The position numbers and the translations under genes are program-made. A model generated the notes under the pieces. The model was given only the letters and a program-made list of their open reading frames with translations. It was not told where the DNA came from and ran no database searches. A stretch of DNA of 62,481 nucleotides, filler included, from Bipalium vagum (lineage: Eukaryota): the NCBI GenBank assembly GCA_037834085.1. It is 3 parts of 3 records of this genome, joined end to end, with 100 filler letters (N's around TTAATTAATTAA, not from the genome) between each part and the next. Parts side by side here need not be neighbours in the genome. Positions count along the whole stretch, not along the records: positions 1 to 23,543 come from JBBMKC010207931.1; positions 23,644 to 45,218 come from JBBMKC010235263.1; 1 more part is not named here. One strand, 5' to 3'. Shown piece by piece: positions 15,322 through 41,343 of this stretch (the stretch's first letter is position 1; each line of letters starts with the position of its first letter).

Positions 15322-15361
<40 letters not shown>

Positions 15362-18300
15362 TATTATTGTTCATTTAATATTACTGTGAACCTGTAAGTA
15401 AAAAATTTAATGAAGTTTATGAAAAGCTGTTTATCAGTTTTTTGTAAAATTTTATTGATTCTTGTTCACAAAAAATAACAGATTTGATCTAAAATACAAT
15501 TCTTTTATTGTTCACAAACAATTATTGTTGGAAACAATTCTGAAAATATTACCGTAAAAGTTACATAATTTGTGGTATCATATTTGTAACTTCAATGTTA
15601 CCGGTATATTTTCTATATTTTAATACTACTACTACTACTACTAGTAGTAGTACATTAGTACATTTAGTACATTAGTACATTTTTGCACCTTCAAATTTAT
15701 GCAATTTTATGCAACTTTTCATGTATTACTAAATTTTTTGTAATATATTTTGAAAAATTACTTGTGTTACAGAAAACCATATTTTAAATTTAAAAATCTA
15801 AGAAAAACTTTTCTGTAGATAAGCTCACAGAACAAAACCATTTTAAATTTATAAAAAATTAATGGGATATATATATCAGCTAAAATTTTCATTTATCAAA
15901 TGATTTTAAAAATAATTTGTTTTTATTTCAAAAAATTAATTGAATTATCTTAATTAATTTAATGATTTAAATGTTCTTGTAATTAATTTCGAGTAAAAAA
16001 TTTACAATTTCATTAATGCATTTTCTGCAATATCTCAAATTGCAAAAACAAAACGAACTCTAATAGCAATTTTTATATTATCAATGGAGATAATTTTTTG
16101 TACATTTTCTAATAATCATTTGATTTTTTGTGATAAATTTGAGGATGTAATTATAAAAAGGACTCCTGTTTTCTATGGGAAATAACCTAAAAAAATTTTT
16201 CAATTCACTGAAAGGAAAATAATATTTTCTTTCATGTTTCTTTAAACAAAAATTTTCTGTCAAGATGGAACGAAGAATTATTGATAAAAATGTTTGATAA
16301 TTTTTTTTTAATGAAAATAGTCAACTGAGTAAAGTGAGAGTATACAGGATTGATAAATCAACGTTTTTATGAAATTATAAGAATTACGTTTTGTGTGGAT
16401 AACTTTTCAAATCGTCATAGAAATGTAAGAACGGAGTCTGGTATTATAATTAGGACAGTAAAGTAACCACTAACCATTGTAATTCAATAAATCAATCAAT
16501 AACTTCAGACAAGGGTTTTTTAAAGTGACATTTAACGTAAACAAACGAAAATCTTTCAGACCAATATTTATTTACATGAATATTGACAAAATAAATTTTT
16601 TCGAAAATAATAATAACAGTCAGAGAATAGTGAAAATTGTATTTGATTAAAATATTTTTTGACTTCATTTATCATTGGGGGCTAGACAGAAATTAAATTA
16701 AATTCATCGAAATGACATCAACCGAGAAAAATAATATTTTCTCTTTTCTTTTTCGTATCTAAAAACCAAATCGCAAAGCCCTCTTTTTGGTCCAAAAGAA
16801 AATAACTTATTTTTCGTCCAATGTAAAGCACAAAAATATCGAGTTTATTAATATTTAAAAAATTATTGAATTAAAAATATCGATTATTATTAATATTATA
16901 AATATTCGAATTTTGATTCAATTATGATATTATTTTATTTTTCCTCCGATGTTAAAATGGTGAACTATTAATTAAAAATCGATATTAAAGGAACATCTGT
17001 TTTAATTGCAGATAACTTGTAATCAAATTCAAATGCTAATTTCCTCTGTTTTGCAATATTGCGATATTAATTTTTCCTGGCGACCTTTGACTTGAGCACG
17101 GTAAAAATATCTGTTATTGCCTTCCATTGAGCGGCTCGTGTTTTGAGCATTTGAATTGTGAACGGTTGTTTTTTGTTTTGTTCGATAGTCGGATGGATGT
17201 AGGAATTTTTCCGGATGGATTGTATTATGTGGTTATAATGGGTTTGAGAATAATAAAACTGAAACTCTGTATTTAATTAACGAACCAAGTAATGTTTCGA
17301 TCAGTTAAAGTCACAATGCAATCATAATTGTCCATTAGCACGGAGCATCAATCATAGTACAGCACGTTCCGGTTGAGCTTTATATTGATTAATTATTAAA
17401 GCTCATCTTCGTTTGAAACTGTGTCTGTTTGTGTGGTGGATGTTGGTGGTTGTTGGTGGTGTCTGTATGTTTATGATTGTTGTCTGTGTCTGGTTATTAT
17501 TAATTGTGTTGCTGTAACGCTGATAAACGATATTGGGACTGTGTGTCCTGTTGTATATGTACGTGTATTTGTGTTTGCATAATGCTCACCGTTCTCCATC
17601 AACCCTATTGGCTGGTTTGCTCACAGCTATTTCAATTAATACAGACAAAATTCATACATTGAAAATGAATCCAGTCGTTCCTTTTCATTGCTCTGCTGCT
17701 GCGACACCTGAAATCGTTTACTCACATGAACGAACCGTGTTCTGCAACCGTTTATGTCATCTTAAACGGTTAGCGTCTATTGAAAATCGAAAGCCAAGGT
17801 TCCGCAGAACTTTGTCTGTCAAAGTCCAGGACAATGTTAATAATAAGTCTGGAAAATATTCGTTGTACGATTTTGGCTGTGTTTCTTGTATGAGGAATTT
17901 TGTTGATCTATAAATGTTATTAAATTGACTATTTGCTTATCTTTATTGATTTAAAAATGTTTCGTCAAATTGAGGAAAGACCATTTTCTGATAAATGATC
18001 GTTTCATTCAGGGAGCCCAACAAATTCAGGTCGACTTATGTCTTTTGGAACTGGCATTAATGTTCGAGCTGAGAACAAAAGGTATATTATTTTTTACATA
18101 TGTTGATTATCTTGTATATTATGCATTTTTATTAATAAAGCTATTAATAGATCATATATTTCTATTAACTTTATGTATTTATATTTATACATTTTTTATT
18201 ATTGATTATTCTTCTTCCCGCATTTTTTATAAATTAATAACTAAGATTGATATAAAAAGCTAGTTTATTATACCATTATTAATTAATAATAATTCAACGT

Positions 18301-21300
18301 ATTAATAAGAATTAAAAAATCAATAATGAAACTACTGGTTATTATTTATTTTGATATAGAGATTATTTATTGTATTAATATTTAAAAACGACTATTATTT
18401 TATTGCATTAAAATTTTAATTTATTCATTTTTAATAACAAAAAAATTTTAAAATAATTTGATATTATTTTAATCGATTTTTAATTTAATTTAATATTAAT
18501 TTTTATTTAACTGATAAATATAAGTAATTTTGTATCATTAATATTATTGGTATTTAAAATTATTATTATTGTATTGTTAATTTAATATTAAATAACTCTG
18601 TAAAATTTTATTGATTCTTTTTCATAAATATTAAAATGTATTTCGATAAATTAATTTTTTATAAAACTCTTATTGTTATTTTCAAGTTGAAAATTTTAAG
18701 ATTTACTTGTTTTAAAAATACAAGACACAAGTCCGGGAATTAGGATTGTTTTTATATATTGATTGAAAAAATGAAAGCACTCTGCAATCTGTGTAATTAA
18801 TAAAGATGAATATCATCGCAGAATGTCATCAAGGTGATTATTAATCAATTCAAATGGATTTTATCATATTTTGATATCACATCCAAACGTGCATTAACCA
18901 TAACATTAACAGGCTTATTTAATTGTTTCCATAATTGTTCAAACTGTCTTCTACCGTTGGACACACTTTTTTCTTTAATTAGTCCATCAAACCATCGTAC
19001 TTGCAGAGAATAATTTCATTGGTATTTATGCTTTTTAAACTGGAATTAATTTTCTGCAACAATTGATGTGAAAATTGTATTTTACACTTATAGACGAACC
19101 ATGCATTAAGTGTTCATATTTTTTTAAAAAGAAAATTGCATAATGCTATGTTTAGACAAAAATTTAAGTTTGCTTGGTCCAAAAATATTGTTTGTTTATG
19201 ATTAAAGTGCGAGTTAATTTAATGGTTGTACTGTGGAATCGATTTGATAAGAGAGACGATTTATCGTTTATCTTAAAAGTCTGAAATGACATATTTCGTC
19301 TCATGGTTTTATTTTTCATTACCTAGAAGTATATAGAAGTATATTGATTTAGTGAATCAATAGTGATTGATAAAAAATAAATTTTTTTAATTGGTCATTA
19401 AAAATGAGAGAACTTTAATGGAACATTTTCAATTTTTATTTATTATGTCTTGAAAAAGGGTAAAGTAAATAATATTTTTACTTAGTGATTAGACATTTTA
19501 TAATTAGAGTATTATGAATTTTTTTGGTCAGTGAAATCTTTGGTACTCAAAAGTGCTTGCATCAGTATTAAGTTAATCATTGTTTTCATTTCATATTTCT
19601 GAATCATTAAAATAGGATAATTATTGCTTGTCGAGTGTTAAGATAGTTGCTTTATTAGATATTTTTAAAATGTATTATTTTAATAAAAATATTTTTAAAA
19701 ATGTTTCGTTCAGTTTATATATAAATTATGTTATTATTTTTAATTATTTATTTGTTCATTTATTTATTTTAATGTTAATTATTTTTATTATTGACTTATT
19801 ATATTTTATTAAGGAAATAAATATATTTATGATATCTGATTTATTTTTAACATTTTTTTCAAATTATTTTTAAAAATCAAATATAATTTTTTTAAGAAAA
19901 TTTTTTTCGAATTTCAAGGATTAATTCTTCCACTCTACTGATTATAATATTTGTGATACTTCATTTAAATTTAGTATTAATTAATTCTCTATTTAGTTCT
20001 GAAGATTATAATCGATCCTCTTTTGTCATTATTATTGATTGTATTCATAATTAATTTTTATAATTTTTTATATAATTATTTAATTATCGATTTATTTTAT
20101 TAACGACATTTCTTAATTATTATTTATAATATTTTTCAAATTTCAATCATTTCATAATTAAACATAGTTTTAAAGCGTTTCAATTAACTAATCTAATTTC
20201 CATTTTTTTATAAATGAATTGATGTTTCTGTTTAATTTCTTTTTATTATCGATTTTATTAGAGTTAAGTTGACTAGTAGAAAAATATAAAAAAATAGTAA
20301 CTAAATGAGATTAACAAATGAACTAGTACTGATAGAATCAATAAAATTGTAATCATATTGAGTAATATTTTAAGAAAAGTTTTGTGCTTCTTTATATTTA
20401 AAGTACAGTAAGAAATAATTTAAATGATTTTCGTTTTTTAATTTCTTAAACCATTAAATTTTTTTTTCATATAAATCGATACAGTTTCGTAAATATAATA
20501 ATAATAATTATTATTTTTGTTTAACTTTAAACTGAAATATCAATATCTAAATTAATTATTCGCATTAATATCTTACTGATTTTATTATTATTATTTGTTC
20601 TTCACAGTAACACTAGTAAAAAGCATTATATTATTTATCATTCTTCCTGATTATCACTTGTTTCTGTGTTTAATTTGTGAATTTATAATTTAATTTCTTT
20701 GGTTGTAGAGTCAGCGACACCCGTCGATGGTCCTTGGCTTCACTTCCATCATCTGGTTATGGTACCCTGACTCCAACAAGCAGCAATTTATCGGTAAGTT
20801 CAACGTGTTTGGTGTAAGTTTTTCAAGGTTGTCACTGATTTCCTATTTTGCTGTCGTCATATTTTCTGAACACGTGACAATAACTGGATCTCAGGCATAC
20901 TTACTGTCTGGCCATTTCATTTGTGTCCATATTCGTATCTGTGGGAGTGCGTCAGTGTGTGAGTGAGGGTGTGGATGTATGAGGAAGCTGTCTGTGCCTC
21001 TCTTTCTCTCTCTCACTCTGTGTTGTTTACAACTGAGAGACAGGTTAACAGATGATGCTGATCGGAGATGATGTTGACAGAATTTGCATTCCGATCTACG
21101 ATTAACATTTTGATAAAATTTCAAAACTGCTTCCATAAAATTAGCTTTAAAAATTTGTGGTGAATGACATTCGATTTATCATTATTCATCATCGTCAGTA
21201 TATTATATAAATTATAATTATGATTGTTATGAACTCAACAATAAACATAATAAAAGCCTTGTAAATGACGAGTTCTAAACTCTTCTAACAATAATTGATC

Positions 21301-23365
21301 CAATTTGTAAAAAAATTCAAAAACAAATTTTTAAATTCAGGGCAGTCCATTGATAATTTATAAAATAGTTTTAAAAATATATTATTATTATTATTATATT
21401 ACTGATTCTATTATTATCTATTTTTGTTATAGCTATTGTTGTTTATGGATATTATTATTAAAAAGTCTCCATTAATTAATGTATTTTCACAAGTATCCAT
21501 TTCATATTCATTTACAACTGAAAGTTTAGTTTACAATTTATCGATTATAATGATGTAAATATTTTGGAACTTAAAAATTCATTGATTTACGAGGATGTGA
21601 CTGATTATATTTTGTGGAAGACATATTCTCACCAGAAGGAAAACCTTTCTTAACTCTGTTGACTTACACTGTAGTTCCGTTATTCTGACCGGACGAGGTG
21701 ACCTTTGGATTTTTTACTCAATTTTATAATTGATTAAAATCTAATTCTACTGATTTGTATTGATAATGTTATTATTTTAAATGATTTTAAGGAAATCAAT
21801 ATATGGAATTTTTTAAAAAATATTTTAATTTTTGTTTCTTGCAATACATTTGGGACATTTACCGCCGATCTAGGAACTTTAAAATGAGAAATGAGATAAG
21901 AATAAATTTTTGTTGAAACAATTTTTTCAAAATTTTCCCTATTCCATTAGTGGCTGCTGTTATTGTGGTTGTTGAAACACTTTCTCTGTTTGGAAAAGTT
22001 TTAATACAAGTCCAATATCAACGAGTCCGGATCAATTTATAATGAAATATTTTTTCGGAAAATATTATTTTTCTCCCAGGTCTTATAAAGACGATTTTTC
22101 AATTAAGATGAGAGAGAAAGATTGAAAGATTGAGAAAACATGATTTAAAACATTTATGTTATCGCATAATTGATTTTACTCATTAATTTTTTTCGGTTTT
22201 ATTACAGGTTTTAACAATATCTCAACGAATCATTTAAAAAATACGCTTGTTTTTCCATGTTGTCTTTTATTAATTAGTTTCATCTTGTACTTTTTTTTAC
22301 AATTACATCTTAAAGAAATAAATTAATAATAACAATAATATAATATTCTCATTATTATTTTATTTTAATATAATATTTATTTTAGATATTTTATTGAATA
22401 AAATCACTGATTTTATTGAGAAAGTAAATTATTAAAGGAATTTTTTATTTTGTTCAAAACTGGTTTTTATTGACTTAGAAATTTAATATTTTTAATTAAA
22501 ATTTAATTTTTCTTTAAATTAATTTCCTCATATATATTTAATTATTATTTAATCATTATTGGTCATATTTTTTGTGTTAGTGCTTATTGCAACATTAAGT
22601 TTTTCAGCTACTTTTTTCTGTCATATTTCATTTTCTAACAGCGAAACCTGTTCAACGCCATGGTCTCTTTTCATGTTTCATTTAAATAATTGATATATGT
22701 CACAGTACTCAATTAGTGAATAATGTCCCTTTGCTACACTGAAAATAGTGGTGAAAATGTTGAGGTTGTTGTAGTTAGGTTTCCATCATTTTCGAAACTG
22801 TTAATTAATCAACCACGAATTTAATCAATTTTCCATTTATTTTGCCATTATCCTAACACGATTATATAATATTGATTGATATACAATTCATTGTTGCCAT
22901 TATTTGAAGTACTGCAGAAATTACTGTTATAGTTGAGGAAATTTGTGAATATTCAATCGTTATTTTTCTTCACTGTATTCTTTTGAACGTACAAGTTTAT
23001 TACAATTGCAAAATTATCGACCATTTTTATTGAATTCAATATTTTTAGAGTCAGTATTCTTCAAAGGAAAACCTAATGCACCATAAGCATCACAATTCTC
23101 AACAACCAAGATCTCCTCTTTGTGGAGGCTTAATAACGACAAACAGTACCGGACAATCTTCACCATTTCATTCTGGTCTTTCATCGGTGCGATGTAGTAA
23201 CGTAATGGCAACCAAATGCATTAGTGGACGCAACAGTCGCAATCACAGTCCTCACGAGAAGTTGGCAATTTCTGAAAGCAGAACTCCAACCGATTCGACC
23301 AGTGATGCTCAGATAGTTACAAAAAATTTAACAGTTAATATCAAACCCCGATCCCAGAGTCTCAA
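1349..23365 (+). CDS. MAST: MAST-family (microtubule-associated Ser/Thr kinase) gene, 5' part only (N-terminus and start of DUF1908). Exons 1349-1603, 3285-3597, 8213-8292, 13668-13851, 18012-18081, 20709-20793, 23049-23365
   Basis: All exons have AG/GT boundaries and consistent intron phases (0,1,0,1,2,0, then 2). The translation contains MAST hallmark segments in the expected order: [24 protein letters not shown]|KDLTF (cf. SNLVRMRxQxLGQSAPSLTxxLKELSL), [26 protein letters not shown]|SQYSSKENL, and KPRSQSL (cf. RPRSRSLS). Kinase and PDZ exons not seen. Confidence 0.88.
2987..3127 (+). CDS. MAST: Candidate alternative first exon of MAST ([30 protein letters not shown]...)
   Basis: ATG at 2987 within ORF 2804-3133; phase-0 donor TAT|GTATGA at 3128 is compatible with the acceptor at 3284. 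Confidence 0.45.
3285..3597 (+). CDS. MAST: MAST exon, Ser/Thr-rich N-terminal region
   Basis: Acceptor ctcttttccag|GAC; donor ATA G|GTACTT; lies within ORF 3168-3608. Confidence 0.8.
8213..8292 (+). CDS. MAST: MAST exon ([27 protein letters not shown])
   Basis: ttttcag|GT...CAT|GTAAGT; conserved MAST N-terminal motif. Confidence 0.9.
10807..11358 (+). CDS. MAST: Candidate large alternative first exon of MAST (MQARHLYNW...WWSHIAKYK)
   Basis: 242-codon ORF 10672-11400 in AT-rich DNA; phase-0 donor AAG|GTTAAT at 11359 joins the KDLTF exon at 13668 in frame. The start could be ATG 10672 or ATG 10807. Confidence 0.6.
12546..12613. repeat. (TTA)n microsatellite
   Basis: Seen directly. Confidence 0.9.
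12711..12785. repeat. (AAT)25 microsatellite
   Basis: Seen directly; explains the poly-Asn pseudo-ORF 12678-12896. Confidence 0.95.
13668..13851 (+). CDS. MAST: MAST exon ([18 protein letters not shown]...[15 protein letters not shown]...)
   Basis: tttgtag|AAA GAT...ACT G|GTAATA; positionally equivalent to the KELSLPRR/NRKSL exon. Confidence 0.82.
15286..15368. repeat. Imperfect (AAT)n microsatellite
   Basis: Seen directly. Confidence 0.85.
17665..17887 (+). CDS. MAST: Candidate short-isoform first exon of MAST ([10 protein letters not shown]...RFRRTLSVK...)
   Basis: Within ORF 17533-17913; phase-1 donor T|GTATGA at 17888 matches the phase-1 acceptor at 18011; preceded by GC-richer, GT-repeat promoter-like DNA. 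Confidence 0.4.
18012..18081 (+). CDS. MAST: MAST exon ([24 protein letters not shown])
   Basis: cattcag|GG...AG|GTATAT; phases 1 and 2 bridge the flanking MAST exons exactly. Confidence 0.75.
20709..20793 (+). CDS. MAST: MAST exon, DUF1908 motif [15 protein letters not shown]
   Basis: ttgtag|A GTC AGC GAC ACC CGT CGA TGG TCC TTG GCT TCA CTT CCA TCA TCT GGT TAT GGT ACC...TCG|GTAAGT. Confidence 0.93.
23049..23365 (+). CDS. MAST: MAST exon ([12 protein letters not shown]...KPRSQSL)
   Basis: ttttag|AGT CAG...CTC AA|GTAAGT; contains ORF 23076-23369. Confidence 0.85.
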
Positions 23366-23465
23366 GTAAGTAGTCTGATTTAATTCAGATCATTTTTTAA
23401 AAAATCCTTATAATTATATTTCAATAATAAATTATAACCTTTTAATTTTATTATTGATTGAAACT

Positions 23466-23481
23466 AATTATTATTATTATC

Positions 23482-23543
<62 letters not shown>
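23466..23543. repeat. (TTA)n microsatellite running into an assembly gap
   Basis: Seen directly. Confidence 0.9.
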
Positions 23544-23643
23544 NNNNNNNNNNNNNNNNNNNNNNNNNNNNNNNNNNNNNNNNNNNNTTAATTAATTAAN
23601 NNNNNNNNNNNNNNNNNNNNNNNNNNNNNNNNNNNNNNNNNNN
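23544..23643. other. Assembly gap with artificial N44-TTAATTAATTAA-N44 spacer
   Basis: 100-nt block; the 12-mer has stop codons in all six frames. Confidence 0.95.
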
Positions 23644-26214
23644 GGCGAATTCAAACAAGTGCTGCAACAGAATTATTTAAACAAATGAAATGAAAATCAT
23701 AATACAATTACCTAGATGATAATAATTATCAAAAATAAGATAGATTTTATTAAATTGGTGTTTTTTCTTTATCAGGCCGAGAAATTTTCACCCCACCCTC
23801 GTATATATAAGAAATTTCTTTTTTCTTCTCCGTGTATCAATTGAGCATAATAGTAACACCAAATTTAGTAAAAATTTACTGTAATTTTATTTTAATTTAA
23901 TTAATTTTTAAATCTGAAAGTATAATCTATAATTTTCATTCATTTGGACCTATCTTTGACTCAATAGCTTAATGACAACAATAAATTTTAAAATTTTAAA
24001 ATCTACTTAATGTATCCGGAATACATTAATGTGAAAAACTTGCTTATTAGAGTTTCCGGGATAATCTTTTTGCAGTGGTATCACTCTCTTTTTTTTATTT
24101 TTCAACATTTTCTCAGAATTGAGATATTGCCCTTAAATGAAATGTGATAAAGAGCAAAACAAGTGGAAATCAGACGGAGGAAACCAAAGATGTATGCAGT
24201 GAGATGAAGAACTCCAAAACTCAGTTGTTGCAACTTCTTCTGCGCATAGAGCACTGTCATTAATTAAGTGCGAAAACGACGTTTAAACTTATTTTCTGTT
24301 AAATTGTGAGGAACTTGTAGAAAAATTCTTAAACTAAACTAAGATTGCAAATGATTCTTAGTAGCGCGCTGTGGAAAACAGCTCGAATAACAAACTCTTT
24401 GTTTACAATTGATAGACAGTCTGAACATCTATCACCATCAAACTGTAATATTTTTCACTAAATCCTTGGTCTTTATATCAATTTTTCATCTTTTATTTTC
24501 ACAAGGTAAAGTATCAATATTAAAATTAAAACAAAATAAATAAGCAACTCAAAAAAAATTCATTTTAAAAGCTTCAAAATGATGTCAAATATTGCGCGAA
24601 AACTTTTGTAATAATGAATTATTAAAACAACTTTAATACTTTAGAAAAACGCAAATTATTTTTGACTCAATCTAATAATATTATTATTATTTTTATAAAA
24701 AAATTTAACAAAAACGTTATATGTTATTATTTGAGTCACTTAATTTTTTTAATTGTTATTTGAAATAATGTATCCATTTTACATTCGTCATTTTTCTTAA
24801 TAATTTAAGTAATTTGTCAGGATAATTATATCATATATTTATGATATTGGGATGAAAAAATAATGGAAACAAATGCACCAAAAATAATGTGGATTCATTT
24901 CCTTATCTGGAGAAAAATTGATGAAAAAACATGCCCATCTCTTCTTATGCAAAGAAACAGGATATTTTTTAAATTATTACTCAAATTTAAAATACAAAAC
25001 TTGTTTTTGAGGATAATACTAATTCTCATTTGGGGGTGGGTCGTTCTCATTAGAGGAAAATGATATTGTTATATCAATTTCTCATAAATTTCTTTTGATT
25101 TATTTGCTTCCAAGCTCTAGTAAAAAATACGTTAAAAAATGATATCCATTTTCTCTTACTCCATATATGTATATGTTACATTTTTTATGTAGACATTTCA
25201 ATTTTAGAAAAATAAAGATTTTTTTTTATTATATAATTTTCCGAATGGTTTATTAGTGATAGAATTTATATCTGTTGATCTACAAAAGTCCAAACCTCAC
25301 ATCTTTATGTTCTGATTCTATCTTTTTATGGTACTCAAAATATAATAGAGATAATAAAAGAAAAGATATTCTGCTCCTTCAAATAAAGTCTGAATTGATG
25401 GCAAGTAATTCCAAACATAAATCAACTTAATATTTTCTTTCTTTATTAAAGAAGGTTAACTCCTGTTTAATGCTTTTGATATTAGATTGTTTTGTTAGCC
25501 TCTGTTTTAATCAACAATCAGTCATCCACCTTCCATAATGACAGAAAAAATAATGATTTTCCTTTGGTTTATTTAGTCAAATTCAGTAAGATTCCTGAAT
25601 TGGATATAGAGATTCTTCACAATGGTGTTCTTGTTGTGTTAATTACTAAGACTAATTACGAACTTCTTCATTTTTATATTTAAAATATTTTTAGCATTTA
25701 GATAACAGATTAAGTGACAATCAACTGAGCGAAAAACATTGACTAAAAAATTAGAACGATGGTACATATATTTTTAATCAAATTACTTTAAATTTAATTA
25801 ACAATTAATAATTTTATTTAACAATTAATAATTTTAATTAACAATTATAAATTAATAATTAATTATAAAGAAATAAGAAATAACTAATAATTGGTGAAAA
25901 AATATTTGATACATGCACAAATGTGATAAGAGAGAGGTAGAACATCGACAACCCAATGAATTTTAAATAAAAATTAACTAGATTTAAGTAAATATTAATC
26001 AAAATTAAATTCTATCACTAATTAAATTAACCAATCATTCCATCACCTTTTTTATCTTTATCTTAATTTTTAATTTCATTTTTGTTTTACTCTCTATTTT
26101 TAACTTTTTTCAATTTTTATTGTTTCTTAATGTTATGTTCTAAAGCTTAACTTTAACTTTAATAATAATAATATAATGTAATGTAATAATAATATTCAAT
26201 ATAATAAGGTAATA

Positions 26215-26614
26215 TTGGTCAACCTAGACAAACCAATTTTGTTGCAAGACAACGCTAGACCATATGTTGCAAAAGCAATTCTACTCCAAATGCATGAGTT
26301 GAAAATGGAAATTCTCGGCCACCCACCATATTCACCAGACTTTGCGGCAATTGATTATCTTTTCTTCCAAGCTTTGGGTCATTTCTTGGTTGGAAAAATA
26401 TTCAATACAGAAGCGGCTGCGAAAAACGACTTTCGTGATTTCATAGACACTATCACTAGACTTTTTCACTTCTTGAATAAACAAGTTACTATTAAGATGG
26501 CAGAAGTGTGTTGATAGTTTTGGTGATTATTTTGAATAAATATATCGTTTTTTGCTTATATTGTAAATCAGAATATTGATTAAAAATCCGACATTTCATA
26601 CTTAATGACCGAAT
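26215..26614 (+). mobile_element. Mariner transposase C-terminal fragment with putative 3' TIR
   Basis: LLQDNARPYVAK...HPPYSPDFAAIDYLFF (mariner HDNARPH/YSPDLAPSD motifs); TIR-like aaaatccgacatttcatacttaatgacc at ~26582-26610. Confidence 0.85.
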
Positions 26615-26840
26615 GTTAGTAATTGCTAAGTTATCACTGTTTTTCTTCATCAGAAAACGACTTGATAAAAAAAATTCAATCAATAAAAATGTTTACCCGC
26701 TGTCTTTTTTACTTAATATTTAATTAATAATAAATCTTACATTTTATTGAAGGTTAAATCTTTAGCTATTGATTTTATTAAAACAATATATATAATTAAT
26801 ATATTTCTTATACTTTAGTAGCAATATTCAAGATTATAGA

Positions 26841-26872
26841 AAAAATCGCATTACTTATGGGATGACCTAATA
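26841..26872 (+). mobile_element. Isolated mariner-type terminal inverted repeat
   Basis: aaaaatcgcattacttatgggatgacctaaTA resembles mariner right ends followed by a TA target site. Confidence 0.45.
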
Positions 26873-27652
26873 TTTAAACTTTAAAAATATATTTGAAAAC
26901 TTTAAAAAAATTTTAAAGATTTAATCAAAAATTTGTTTTAACTTCGAAAATGTTAATAATTTAAATTTTAAATTAAATTAATTTTAAATTAAATTAAATT
27001 TTAAAAATATTTTCACTCTTTCCATACCCCTTATTACAATGAAAATCTTGAAATCTTTTTAAAAATTATTCAAAAAATTTTCAGATTAAAAATATAATAT
27101 AAAGAATTTTTATATTAATATAATAGAATTCCAGGAGTAATTTTGATATTGATATCATTTTTTCAGTACTTGCGAAAATTTTTTTTCCTTTTCCAAAATA
27201 TTTCGACATTAACGACAATTTTAAAATTTTGTGCAAATATGAAAATAAATATTTTAAACATAAAAATCAGTAAAAAAAAAGATTGGGAAAATCGGAAATT
27301 TTTTTCTCGAATTATTCTCTTTTTTTCGGTGTCTCGATAATCAACAATCGATTATTGAAGATTGTAACCCAGACCCCTTTGACCAACCTGTTGGTTTTGA
27401 TTCTTCCATAACATTGGTCGTGTTATCTTCTGGAAAAGAACAAATCACAAGAACTCCCCTCCCATCCTCCATCGAATAAAGTCCATGTCGCTAAAATCCC
27501 CACTCCATTTAAAACAAACCAAAACTCTACTTATTATGTAAAGTAGTAAATGTATATATTTAAATTCATATATATAATACAAGATAAATAATTACAAATC
27601 ACTATTTCTATCATTTTATGAAGCTGTCCGATGTCAATTGCGGCCCTGCGGC

Positions 27653-41343
<13,691 letters not shown>

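Noticed and set aside
23588-23599. Palindrome TTAATTAATTAA as a regulatory site
   Set aside because: It is centred in N runs and repeated identically at 45263-45274, so it is an assembly spacer.
23760-23804. Mariner-like right end (ggccgagaaattttcaccccaccctcgTA) after the gap
   Set aside because: Suggestive, but no partner TIR or transposase is visible, so it is too weak to list.
24117-24150. Possible next MAST exon (IEILPLNEM)
   Set aside because: It hits a stop after 9 codons and has no YKERFPK-like motif.
25588-25683. Possible next MAST exon (KIPELDIEILHNG...)
   Set aside because: The phase fits, but there is no conserved DUF1908 continuation and the frame closes.
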